The notes under the pieces were generated by a model. That model was not told the origin of the DNA and made no database searches. It saw nothing but the letters and a program-made list of their open reading frames with translations. Shown one piece after another: positions 38,897-50,757 of a DNA stretch of 64,000 bases. Numbering within the stretch: position 1 is the stretch's first letter; every line of letters starts with the position of its first letter. The position numbers were made by a program, and so were the translations under genes. The stretch is from an uncultured Gemmatimonadales bacterium (lineage in GTDB: Bacteria > Gemmatimonadota > Gemmatimonadetes > Gemmatimonadales > Gemmatimonadaceae), in contig CAWBZV010000003.1 in assembly GCA_963793305.1 (NCBI GenBank), positions 96,001 through 160,000 of the forward strand, written 5' to 3'.

Positions 38897-40155
38897 GGAG
38901 TGGGACTGCCGGGGAATCCTTCGAGGACCTGGACCTGCTGCCCGCGCGGCCGGTCTCCCTTGTTCTGATCTGGAGCCAGGCGGGCTCGCACCCGTTGCCC
39001 GTCCCGCAGCGCATCCGATGGCTGATTGACCACAGCATCTCCCTCGGTCAGTCCCGACACGACTTCCATCACCGTGCCGTAATCTCGGCCGATACGGAGA
39101 GTCCGGAAATGGGCGATCGAATCCACGCCCACGACCGCCGCCTGCGCGCCCTGGGTGCGGAAGATCAACGCCGTCCCCGGCATGAGGATCGGCGGCGACG
39201 GCCGCGAGAACCGGAAATGGATGTCGGCATACATCCCGGGCAACAGCGCGCCACCCTTGTTCGCCACGTCCACCTCGGTCAAAAGCGTCCGCGACGCCAC
39301 GTCGACCGCATCGGCCGTGCGGACGATCTTCCCGGGGAAGAGCTGTCCCGGCAGCTCCTCTTCTTCCAGCGCCGCCTCGAGGCCCGCGTGAACCGAAGGC
39401 GCGTACGCCTGCGGCACCCCGATGTAGACGCGCATCGTGTCGGTTCGCGCGATGTGAAAGAGCTCCGTCAAACCACCGGTCGCGCCAGCGGCATTCGGCG
39501 CGCCGGACGATCCGGTGGCCGTGATATACGATCCATTGTCGATGTTGCGGGCGGTCACCACACCAGCGAACGGCGCGGTCACGCGCTCGTAACCAACGAG
39601 CGACTGGAGTCTCAGCACATTGTCGTGCGCCGCGTTGACCGTCTGGATCTGGGCCTGATACGTGGACTGCTTCTGGTCGTACTCGTCTGCCGTGACCACA
39701 CTGTCCTTGACCAACGACTGCCACCGCTCGGCCTCGCTCTTCGCGAGCACCAGGGTCGCGCGGTCCTGCGCCTCGGTCGACTTGGCCTGGCTCAACTGCT
39801 GGTCGAGATCCGGCGCGTCGATCACGGCGAGCAACTGACCATTCGCGACCCGCGCCCCGATGTCCGCGTAATACGCACGCACGTAACCCGACGAGCGCGC
39901 GTAGACCGACGCGTCGTGGATCGGCTGGAGCGTGCCCGGCAACGTGAGATCGGCGCCTGCCGGCGCGCGACTGACGCGCACCACACTGACAAGGGGTAGC
40001 GTGTCGGCCAGCGCGCTACTCTGCGCGCGCTGCTCGAGCACCTTGCGCTGCGACCGCCGCGGCAAAAGGCCGACAAGGAGCAAGACCAGGAGCACCGCGA
40101 TGATCACGATGGCGGCCACTCCCATCGATCTCCGGGAGAGGGTCGCCTCAGCCAC
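38893..40155 (-). CDS. RND periplasmic adaptor subunit (second paralog)
   Basis: LPGTLQP..YARSSGYV..DIGARV, APFAGVVT and SRTLLTEV. Confidence 0.92.
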   Translation of the reverse strand: MAEATLSRRSMGVAAIVIIAVLLVLLLVGLLPRRSQRKVLEQRAQSSALADTLPLVSVVRVSRAPAGADLTLPGTLQPIHDASVYARSSGYVRAYYADIGARVANGQLLAVIDAPDLDQQLSQAKSTEAQDRATLVLAKSEAERWQSLVKDSVVTADEYDQKQSTYQAQIQTVNAAHDNVLRLQSLVGYERVTAPFAGVVTARNIDNGSYITATGSSGAPNAAGATGGLTELFHIARTDTMRVYIGVPQAYAPSVHAGLEAALEEEELPGQLFPGKIVRTADAVDVASRTLLTEVDVANKGGALLPGMYADIHFRFSRPSPPILMPGTALIFRTQGAQAAVVGVDSIAHFRTLRIGRDYGTVMEVVSGLTEGDAVVNQPSDALRDGQRVRARLAPDQNKGDRPRGQQVQVLEGFPGSPTP

Positions 40156-43100
40156 GGGTCGCGCCTACCGCGAACTGTTGCTCGATCGGCGTGGCCTCCG
40201 GCAGCACGACCTCGTGCAGCGGCTCGGTCTTGCGGATCGTCGCGTACATCACCGGGACCACGATCAGCGTGTACACGCTCGCGATCAGCAGCCCGCCGAT
40301 CACGGCGCGCCCAAGTGGCGCATTCTGCTCGCCTCCCTCTGTGAGACTCAACGCCAAGGGCACCATACCAATGATCATGGCCAGTGCCGTCATGATCACG
40401 GGCCTCAGTCTCGTCACGCCGGCTTCGATCGCCGCGCCGTCGGCGTCATAGCCGCCCTTTCGTGCGTCATCGGCGAAGGTAATCAACAGGACGCTATTCG
40501 ACGTCGCCACACCGAGCGACATGATCGTTCCCATGAGCGATGGCACGCTGAACGAGGTTCCGGTCACATACAAAGACCACAGCACACCCGACAGAGCGCC
40601 GGGCAGCGCCATGATAATGACCAGTGGGTCAAGCCACGTCTGGAAGTTCACGACGAGCAGGATGTAGACGAGGATCAGCGCCGCGAAGATCCCGCCGATC
40701 AGCCCGGCAAACGATGATTTCATCTGCTGCACCTGGCCGCGCATGACGATGCGTGAGCCGGTGGGCGGTGTGGTCCTCGCAACAACATTCACTCACGTCA
40801 TTCGCCACGCCGCCCAGATCCCGGCCGGTGGCGCGGGCGTAGACGTTGAAGGCCGGCAGAATATTGTAATGATTGATGCTCGCGGGAACCGTGCGCCGCG
40901 CGGTGGTCGCCAGGTTCGCGAAGAGCTGCGTGGGCACGCCGCCCGCGGCCGCCGTGACGGGTGTCAACGCCAGGTCTTCCATCGACCGCATCTCTGTACT
41001 GCGGCGTCTGCACCTGGATCGAATAGTTGACGCCGTTCGTCGGATCGAGCCAGAAGTTCGGCGCCGACTGAAAGCTCGAGCTGAGGGAGACTAGGAGGGC
41101 CGAGGCGACGTTGCGTTGCGTGAGCCCGACTTCCTGCGCTCGCAGACGATCGACGTTGAAAAAAATCTCGGGCTCGTCGACCACCTGGCCCACCCGGACG
41201 TTCGGACGCGCCGGGGATCTGCCGAATCTCACTCGCCAAGCGCTGCGCGAGCGCGTAGTTGCTGTCGCGTTGCCGCCCCACGATCTGGACGTTGATCGGC
41301 GCGGCCAATCCCTGATTCAAGACCTGCGTGACGATATCCGCCGGCTGATACCAGAACTGATCACTCGGAAACTCGTTGATCAGCGTCTCCCTGAGCATTC
41401 GCTGGTACTGGGCCGTCTTGTGCGTCCGCTTTTCGCCGAGTACGACGAGGATCTCGCCCTCGGAGGGGCCGATGATCGAGAGGTCGCCGGTGGCGAGCGC
41501 GACGCCACCGCCGGCCAGGCCGATGTTGTCGCGCATCAAGGCGATCTCGTTCTCGGGGATGAGGCGCTGTTGATCGCCCGCTCGACCTCACCGAACACCA
41601 CTCGCTCGACTCTAACCGGGTCCCGGCCGGCAGTCTCACGTGCGGCCGGAAAACTGGCCAGCATCGACCTCGTCGGAAAGAAGTCCTGGCCGATCGCCGG
41701 AATGAGCACCAGGCTGCCGGCGACAAAGGCGAACGCCAGTATCATGACGATCACCCAATGCCGCATGGCGGTGCGCAAGACGGCCTCATATCCATCGCTG
41801 AACCGGTTGAACTCCGTCTCGACCCAGGCGTTCAGCGCCCACAGGCCGCCTCGTTTCTTCTCTTCTCCAGTGATACCTCTTCGCCGCCCTGATAGAGCTC
41901 GACCTCTCCCTTGAGCATGTAGTGCACGATCGTCGGTACGAGGGGTACGGGAGAGGAGATACGACGCGAGAATGGCGAAGATGACCGCGAGCGCCAGTGG
42001 CCGGAATAACGCCGAGGCAGCCCCACTCAAAAAGAAAATCGGAACGAACACAATGCAGATCGACACCGATGCCATGAACGCGGGCGCCGCGACCTGTGAT
42101 GCCGCGTCGATGATCGCCTGCAGGAATGTTCTTCCCCTCGCCCATGTTGCGATGGACGTTTTCTATTTCGACCGTCACGTCGTCCACGAGGATGCCAACG
42201 GCGAGGGCCAGGCCGCCGAGGGACTGGATGTTGATCGTCTCGTGCAGCGCATAGAGCACAATGATCAACGTCATGATCGAAAGCGGGATCGATACCGCGA
42301 CGATGACGGTGCTCCGCCAGCTGCCGAGGAAGAACAGGATCATGATGGCCGTCAGGCAGGCGGCGGTGACGGCCTCGACGATCACGCCCTTGATCGCGTT
42401 CCGCACATAGGTCGACTGATCTTGAATGACGCTCAAGTCGATCCCCGGCGGGATCGCCCGCTGCGTTGGCGGGAGCAGCGCTTTGATGTGGTCGACGACG
42501 TCGATCGTCGACGCGGCCCCGAACTTGAGCACGTCGAGGTACGCGCCGCGCCGGCCGTTGATGCGCACGATGTTCGTCTGCACGCCGGCGCCCAACCGTA
42601 CGTGCGCGACGTCGCGCACGTATACCATCTGGCCGTTCACCAGCTTGATCGGCGCATCGTCCAGCGACTCGACGATGTCGGGGCTGGAGTTCAAGGCGAC
42701 CTGGTACTCCTTGTCTCCCATCTTCGCGGTGCCCGAGGGGAGAATGATGTTCTGCACGTTGATCGCGCTCGAGACATCGTTCGGAGACAGTCCCTTCTGA
42801 TAGAGGAGCCGCGGGTCAATGTCGATCGTGACCTGCTTTGGCGGCCCGCCGAACACCGGCGGCAGGTTCGCGCCCTGTGCCGTGACGAGCCCGGGGCGGA
42901 TGAACTGATTGCCGATATCATTCAGCTCTTGCTCGCCGAGCGTCTTGCTGGCGATACCGACTTCCATCACCGGGACGTCGGTGGCGCTGTAGCGAATGAT
43001 GAACGGCGGGGTCGTCCCCGGCGGCAATCCGCGCAGGATCGCCTGACACGTCCCGGCGATCTGCGCCACGGCCGCCGCCAAATCCCCACTCGGCTCGATG

Positions 43101-43386
43101 TCAACGCGGATGACCGCAATGCCGTCGAGGGATTCTGATTCGAATGTGCTCGAATGTCGGCGACGCCCGTCGTGAAGGCGCGCTCGGAGAGCGTCACGAT
43201 GCGGCCTTCCATGTCGCGCGCGGGGAGGCCGTTGTACGACCAGACGACCGAGACAATCGGGATGTTCGTCGACGGGAAGATGTCCGTCGGCATCGAGACC
43301 GCCGCGAACGCCCCGAACAACATCATGATCAGGGCGAGACACGCCGTCGTATATGGGCGCCGAAGCGCGAGCCTGACTATCCACAT
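40148..43386 (-). CDS. RND efflux permease (second paralog), broken by many frameshifts
   Basis: Fragments are collinear with 26373..29525 (MWIVRLALRRPYT, GILVDDVTVEIEN, QDFFP, RLRPVIMTA) across at least seven ORF pieces. Confidence 0.85.
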
Positions 43387-43429
43387 ATCGTATGCGCTCT
43401 CTTACGCAGCGCCCATCGAAAGCGATGAG

Positions 43430-44427
43430 CTACATGCCCTTCGGTCGCTCGCTCGCTTTGAGCGCGTAAGCGCACTCTTCGATTCGCGAGCCTTTGGTGT
43501 CGGCGACCGCGAACTTGGTTCCCTCATACAAGCACGCACTCCCGTACCGGCCGTCCTTGGTGACGGCGTAGTACGTGAGATCGAACTTCGCGCGCCCTCG
43601 CTCATCCAGCAACCGTTTCTCGGTCATCGCGATCACCCGCTCGATGACTTTGAGACACGCGGCTTCGGGATCGAGCCCCTGGCGCATGAGCTCGACTGCG
43701 TAGAAGGCTCCGCAGACCTTGATGTTGCCCTCTCCGTACCCGGTAGACCCGGCCGCGCCAACCGTGTTGTCGCAGTACTGGCCCGCGCCGATGATCGGCG
43801 AGTCGCCGACGCGACCCGCGATCTTATAGGATATGCCGCTGGTGGTCGTGACCGAGCCAATGTCACCCGCCGCATTGACCGCGCACATGTTGATGGTGCC
43901 GTGCGTCCAATTCGTATCTTGGTGCGCCTTCCAGCGAAGCCAGTCCTGCCGGCTCTTCTCGGTGAGCAGGTTCTGCTCCTTGAACCCCATCTCGAGCGCG
44001 AACTTCTTGGCGCCGGCGCCGACCGAGAGATGTGGTTGGTATTCTCCATGATGGCCTTCGCGACGAGCGATGGCGTCGCGATATCCTCGAGCGCCCCGAC
44101 GGCGCCCGCGCGCTTGGTGGGGCCATGCATGACGCTCGCGTCGAGCTGCACGACGCCGTCCTCGTTCGGTAGGCCGCCGAGTCCGACGGACTGGTCGTCG
44201 GGGTCGAGCTCCTGGATGACGACGCCCTGGATCGCGGCGTCGAGCGGGTCCGCGCCGCTCGACATCATCTCGTAGGCCTTGGCGACGCCGCGGATTCCGT
44301 TCAACGACGAGATCGCGATGGGGCGCGATCCGGGTCGCGAGACGTTCGTCGTTCGGATGTCGGGGACCACCAGACCGGCCGCGGCCGTCGCGCCGGCTTC
44401 AATGAAGGAACGGCGGGAGATCGTCAT
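43430..44427 (-). CDS. N(4)-(beta-N-acetylglucosaminyl)-L-asparaginase / Ntn-hydrolase, Tat-exported; frameshift near 44025
   Basis: SRRSFI twin-arginine signal, SVGLGGLP, QLDASVM, HG-T nucleophile and GRVGDSPIIGAG. Confidence 0.88.
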
Positions 44428-44441
44428 GCCGGTGGAAAGTA

Positions 44442-44780
44442 CTACAGGCGGACTTGCTCCGTGAGCCAGGCCTGGATCTCGGGCCACGCGGCCTCCACCT
44501 GCGCCAACGCCGTCTGGGTACCGCTGGCGTCTCCCTTCGAGGCCGACGCCTCCCCGCGGCTGCACCCCTCTTGGATCGCCGTGAGGCCGAGCTGGCCCGC
44601 GCTCGATTTCAACGAATGGAGCGCGCGCTGAGCGGCCAACAGATCCCCGGACTGAATGCCGGCCCGCGCGACGGAGAGGCGCTCGGGAGCGTACTTGAGA
44701 AACAGCTCGATGAGCTCCCGGACCAGCTTCGGTCCACCCACGATCCGGAGTGTCTCGAGAACGTCGTTCACTGCGGTCAC
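44442..44780 (-). CDS. Stand-alone Hpt phosphotransfer protein
   Basis: ALHSLKSSAGQLG motif; GTG start overlaps the upstream TGA. Confidence 0.88.
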   Translation of the reverse strand: MTAVNDVLETLRIVGGPKLVRELIELFLKYAPERLSVARAGIQSGDLLAAQRALHSLKSSAGQLGLTAIQEGCSRGEASASKGDASGTQTALAQVEAAWPEIQAWLTEQVRL

Positions 44781-46877
44781 ATTGCCGCGCGCCGGAGGGC
44801 GGCTTTGACGCGAGCCACGAAGCGGGGTGGGTCGAACGGTTTTCGCACGTAGTCATCCGCGCCGAGCTCAATGATCCGCGCCTCGGACTCTCCGTCTTCC
44901 GAGCCCGTAAGGACAATGACGGGCGGCCCATGGTGCTGGCGAATGTGCGTCAGCAGCATATCCCGTTCATCTTCGGCATGCACAGGTCGGTGATGACGAG
45001 CTGGTACGGCTCGGCCCCTGCATCGAACAACGCTTGCGCCTTGTCGCCATCGTCTGCTTCGGTGACCTGGAACCCGGACTGCTCCAGCATCGCCTTGGCG
45101 AGCTTCCGCTGCACGGGATCGTCATCGACGACGAGCACGCGCTGGGTCGCCGACCCTTCGCCGATCCCGACCACGCGATCGACTTCGCTCAGCGTCGTGA
45201 TGCCCAGTCCGACTTTTTCGAGCGCCGTCTGCCGGAGCAGCCGCATGCCGCCCGCGATCGCGGCCTCCTGCAATTCGAGCACGGTCGCGCCGCGCGCGAT
45301 CGATGTGGCCAAGGCCGGCGTTGTCGTGAATACCTCGAGCACCGGCACGCGACCTCGATAACCGGTGCCGCCGCAACTCGGGCAACCGACCGCGCGCTTC
45401 GTAGGTCTGACGCCGGAGCGCGTGCTGAGCGATGCCTCGCTGTCGGGCAGTTCCCCATTCGCCACCGGCACCGCGCACTGCGAGCAGAGCCGTCGCAAGA
45501 GCCGCTGCGCGAGTGCGCCGCGCAGCGTCGCCGAGATGCTCGGCCGATCCAGCCCCAGGTCCGACAGGCGGCTCACGGCGCTCGCGGCATCATTCGTGTG
45601 TAGCGTCGCCAGCACCAAATGCCCCGTCATCGCGGCCTGCACGGCGATCTGCGCCGTCTCGCTGTCGCGAATCTCGCCCACGAAAATCACGTCGGGGTCC
45701 TGCCGCAACACCGCGCGCAGCGCCGACGCGAATGTCACTCCGCGCTTCGTCTCGACTTGGATCTGCGTGATGCCGGCGAGCTCGTACTCGACGGGGTCCT
45801 CGACCGTGATGACATTGACTTCGCCGTTCGCGATCTCCTTTAGCGCTGCATAGAGTGTCGTTGTCTTGCCCGAGCCTGTCGGACCGGTCACGACGACGAT
45901 CCCCTCCTTGTGCGACAGGAGCTGTTTGATTCGCGTCAGCTCGCTCTCCGCCATTCCCATGTCTTCGAGCTTGCGCGCGGTATCCGAACGCAGCACGCGG
46001 ATGACGGCTTTCTCCGAATCGCGCGTCGGGACAGTCGACACGCGAAGATCGAACGTCTTGCTCTCGATCTGGATTCGCGCGCGACCGTCCTGCGGGCGCA
46101 TGCGATCGGCGATATCCAGCTTGGCCAGCACCTTGATGCGTGACACGACGCGGTTGAGCGCCGACATGGGCAGTTGCAAGTGCTGTCGCATGACGCCGTC
46201 GACACGGAAGCGCACGACGCCGGTGCCCTTCTGTCCGGGCTCGATGTGAACATCGCTCGCGCCATTCACGATCCCATCGCGCAAGATCAAACTCGTCAGC
46301 TTGACCACCGGCTCGAGCTCCGCCTCGCGCTCGGCGATCTCTTCGGGCTGCAGGCTGTCGACGATCTTCACGGCGTCGGCCAGCTCCGAGTCCATCGTGC
46401 CGACGACGCGGTCGAGCATCGTGCTCACGTCCTCGGGCTTCGCGTATGTCGCGTCGAGTGCCTCGGCGATCGCGGCCGGCGAGGCGATCTCGAAGATCAC
46501 CGCTCGACCGGCGGCAAAGCTTACCGCCTGCTCCACGGCAAGATCGTCCGGGTTTGACGCGCGACCGTGATATGGCGATCGGTTTCGCGCAGCGGGATCA
46601 CGTGATAGCGGCGCGCGAGCTTTTCCGGCAGGAGACGGAGTGCCTTTGGCTCGATCGCCGAGAGATCGGCGACGCCCAGTTTGAGCGACTGCGCGACGTG
46701 AGTGGCGAGCGACTCGGGCGTCGTGCCGGTCGCGCGCGCGACTTCGGTCCAGGATTCCGGAGTCGACGTGCCGGGCAGCACTATTAGCGAGTCGGCGCCC
46801 GGGAGCTTCGCGCGGCGCGCGGCGGTCACGAGAAACATCATCATCGTATCGAGGACGCAAACGCCGTCACGGCGCAA
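44777..46877 (-). CDS. GspE/PilB-type secretion ATPase fused to a C-terminal receiver domain; frameshifts near 46560 and 44962
   Basis: ASDVHIEP, RPQDGR, GPTGSGKT, TVEDPVE, LRQDPD, GEIRD, HTND and CxxC..CxxC, then VLVVDDD, DLCMP and YVRKPF. Confidence 0.88.
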
Positions 46878-46911
46878 CGCTACGTAAAGACTTCACAGCG
46901 TGCAGTAAGCT

Positions 46912-49900
46912 GTGACGCGGGACGAAAGGGCGCGTCGTGCCAATGCAATGACACGTCGCGAATACGCGTGGCCCGAGATTTGGATCGCCGAGCTTATCGT
47001 CCTCGGGGTCGCGAGCGTCGCGCTCGGCGGTATCTCAGCACTGTGGACGGCATCCGCGTTGGCGAGCACGATCGTCGCTGCCAGCCTGGCGCGCATCGAT
47101 CCGCGCGGCGGCTGGCGACTCGCGCTCGCCTATCTCGCCCTCGGTTGCGGCCTCGGGGCGGCACTCTACGCGCCTTCTGCGCTGCCTCTGGCGTCGCCTG
47201 CGATCCTGCTCGGCCTCGGGGTGCTCGGCATCGCTGTGATGTCGCTCAGCGATCGCGCACACTATTTCCGCCTCGGCGTCGCTGGCACGCTCGCTCCGAC
47301 TCTCGCTGCGCTCCTGGCATCCTGGCAGCTCAGCGCCAGCTGCGCGCTGATTGTTCTCGTCGCACTCGCTGCGCTCGTGCAACTGACGAAAAATGAGCGC
47401 ACTCTCACGATCGAGCGATCTGCCGAGCCCGAACGCGTCGGCCGCGAACGCGCCGAGGTCGTGCGCAACGGCCACGAACGCGCCGGCCAAGAGCACGCCG
47501 AGCACGACGGTCGCGAACGCGCCGGGACCGTGCGCGCCCGCGACGGGGCGGCCGAGGTCGCGCAGTCGGCGCGGATGGGGCCGGTGGCCGAGTCGCAGTC
47601 GCCGAAGGCGCTGCGTAATTCTGGGCAGGATGCCCAGACGTTCGCGCACACGCTGTTCACCGGCATGCCGAATCCGATCGCCGTAGTGGACCATGCCGGC
47701 AAATTCGCGGCGGTCAACCCGGCCTTCGTCTCGCTCTTCGGCTACACGGAGACCGAAGCGTGCGGCCAAAAGCTGGTAGACCTGATCGTGCCGCCGCACT
47801 TACACGAAACCGCCATTCGAATCCACGACCGCGTGAGGTCCGGCGAAACGGTCACCACCGAGACCGAGCGCCGCCGCAAAGATGGCACACTCGTCAACGT
47901 GCGCGTCTCCCTGGTGCCAGCCCAGGTCGACGGCCACCCGGCCGCGCTCTTCCTGTACACGGACATCACGGCCCTCCGCGCAGCCCAAGCACGCTTCGAG
48001 CAGGTCGTCGCGTCGAGCACCGCCGTGATCTACGCGACAAAGATCGAGGGCGACACATTCACGCCGACCTACGTCAGCGAGAACTTGACGCGTCTGACCG
48101 GCCATAATCCCGACGACGCGCTCGACCCGTCCTGGTGGTATGAGCACGTGCACGCGGACGACCGCGACCGGGTCCTCGCGGAGATGCCCTCGCTCCTGAC
48201 GTTCGGGCGAGCTCGTGACGGAGTACCGATTCCGTCCGGCCAAAGGCCCGTATCGTTGGATCCACGACGAAGCCCGACTCGTGCGCGATGCCGCTGGCTT
48301 ACCGCACGAGATCGTCGGCGCCTGGCTCGACATCACCGATCGCCGCCAGTCCGAGCAAGCGATGGCGGAAGCGAAAGAATGTCGCCGAACGCCTCGCCCG
48401 CACCCGCGCGGCGTTCCTCGCCAACATGAGCCACGAGATCCGGACCCCGCTCAACGCCGTCCTCGGCCTGACGGAGCTCGTGCTCGACACCGACCTCTCC
48501 ACCTACCAGCGCCGCTCGCTCGACATGGTTCGCTCGGCCGGCGAAACCCTTCTCTCACTGCTGAACGATGTGCTCGACTACTCGAAGATCGAGGCCGAGC
48601 AGGTCACGTTGGAGAGCATCCCGTTCGACCTCCGGTATCTGGTCGAGTCGACCGCCGGCCTGCTCGCGGTTCGCATCGTCGACCGCCCGGTCGAGCTCCT
48701 GTCCGAGATCTCGCCGGACATGCCCCACATGCTCCAGGGCGACCCGACGCGACTCCGTCAGGTCCTCACGAACCTGGTCGGCAACGCGATCAAGTTCACG
48801 ACCCAGGGTGAAGTCGTCCTCGCCGCGCTCATGGAGCGCACGACCGAAGGCCAGTGCCGCGTCAAGTTCGTCGTGCGCGACACCGGCATCGGGATCAAGC
48901 CCGAACAGCTCACCTCGATCTTCGAGGAGTTCACCCAGGCCGATGCGTCGATGACGCGAAAGTACGGCGGGACGGGACTCGGCCTCGCGATCTCCAAGCG
49001 CATTGTCGGCCTCATGGGCAGCGAGCTCGCCGTCAAGAGCGAGTTCGGCGTGGGCAGCGAATTCTCGTTCACGCTCACGATGCCTGTCGAAGAATCGCAG
49101 CCCGCGACGGTCTCCATCGGTCACGCCCAACTGGCGGGTCGGCGGATGCTCATTGTCGACGACAACTCCACGAATCGCCGCATCGTGCGCGACATGCTGA
49201 CCGCCGCCGGCGTCAGCGTGGAGGAAGCCGCCGGCGCCGAGACGGGCATCGCCGAACTGCGGCAGGCTCGCGCGGAAGGACAGCCTTATGCGCTCGCGGT
49301 CATCGATGCCCAGAATGCCGGGGAAAGATGGCTTCGAGCTGGCGCAGGACTTGAGAAAAGATGATCGCCTGTCCGGCACCAAATTGCTGATGCTGACGTC
49401 CGCGGGGCAGCGCGGCGACATTCAGCGGTGCAAAGAAGTTGGCATTGATGGCTACCTCACGAAGCCAGCAACGCGCACCGATCTCCTCGAGATGATCGCG
49501 GCGTTGCTATCCAACGAGACCAAGCCGGAGCTCGTCACGCGACACATGATCGCCGAGAGCCGCCGCCGGCTCTCGATCTTGCTGGCCGAGGATAACCCGG
49601 TCAATCAGGAAGTCGCAGCCGCCATGCTGCGCAAGCGCGGGCACAAGGTCGATGTCGTGTCCAACGGCGTCGAGGCCGTCGCCGCCGTCACGAGAGCGCC
49701 GTACGATCTCGTGCTCATGGACATTCAGATGCCCGAGATGGATGGGTTCGAGGCCACGCGACGCATCCGTGAAGGGGTCGCGGCCCACGTGTCGATCATC
49801 GCGCTCACGGCGCACGCGCTGACTGGCGAACGCGAGCGCTGTCTCGCCAACGGCATGAACGGATACCTCTCGAAACCGTTCCGCGCGCACGATCTGTTCG

Positions 49901-50379
49901 CGATCGTCGAGAGTATCGGCGATGAGAGCGAAGTCTCGACGACGACCGAGTCCGAGATTCCAGCGCCTGCCGTCGATCTCGAGGCCTTCCGCCGCTCCAT
50001 GCGAGAGGCGGGCGCCGAGGAGGCAGTCGATGCGATCCTCGAGCTCTTTGCGCAGACCGCACCGGAACGCGTGGCCGCACTCAACGCGGCCATGGAATCC
50101 GGCGACGCGAAGGCGATCGCGAACGCCGCGCACGCCTTCAAATCGCCCTCGAGCGCGATCGGCGCGCTCCGACTCGGCGGTCTCCTGCAGGAGATCGAGC
50201 TCGCCGGCAAAGTCGGCGACATCCCGCGCGCGCGCGCCGCGTTCGCGAATCTCGACACTGAGACGGCCGCGGTGCTTGCCGCGCTGCAATCTTTCAATGG
50301 TAGCGATGGCAATGGGACGGCGGCCTCTCGTCCCACTCCTACAGCTCAGGCTGCTTCCTCGGCCTCGCGGACGAGTTGA
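46912..50379 (+). CDS. Membrane hybrid sensor kinase (TM-PAS-PAS-HisKA-HATPase-REC-REC-Hpt); three frameshifts
   Basis: [36 protein letters not shown], two REC domains and AHAFKS. Frames join near 48206, 48378 and 49314. Confidence 0.88.
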
Positions 50380-50573
50380 GAAACGCGAACGCCGAGACCT
50401 TTCGCGATCCGCTCCAGGCTGGCCATCGACACGTTTTGCTCGCCGCGCTCGACCTTGCCAATGTAGGTCCGATGCACGCCGCACTTGTTGGCGAAGGCTT
50501 CCTGCGAGATCCCGAGCCCTATGCGGCGCTGCCGAACTCTGTCGCCGAGCAGCTTCAGGAACTGGGAGGGCAT
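50346..50573 (-). CDS. XRE-family HTH regulator (controller-protein-like)
   Basis: [25 protein letters not shown]. Confidence 0.85.
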   Translation of the reverse strand: MPSQFLKLLGDRVRQRRIGLGISQEAFANKCGVHRTYIGKVERGEQNVSMASLERIAKGLGVRVSQLVREAEEAA

Positions 50574-50757
50574 GGCGGGCAAGAGTGCGCGGTGTACCAG
50601 AGTGTTTTCCACACCCGGGGATGCGCCACCCGTTGGTGGGCGACGTTTGTATTGCCTGCGCACTACTGACACCAGGCCCTGACGTGAGGGCGCCTGGCCG
50701 TAGACGTTAAGTCAGCGGCTGGACAGGACGGATGGCGCGGTCGATCTTGCTCGCCCT

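Noticed and set aside
37916..39724. 602-aa glucokinase fusion
   Set aside because: The N-terminal extension is an off-frame overlap of the RND adaptor; glk starts at ATG 38896.
50346..50573. Restriction-modification system controlled by the C-protein-like HTH
   Set aside because: No adjacent DNA methyltransferase or endonuclease and no clear C-box.
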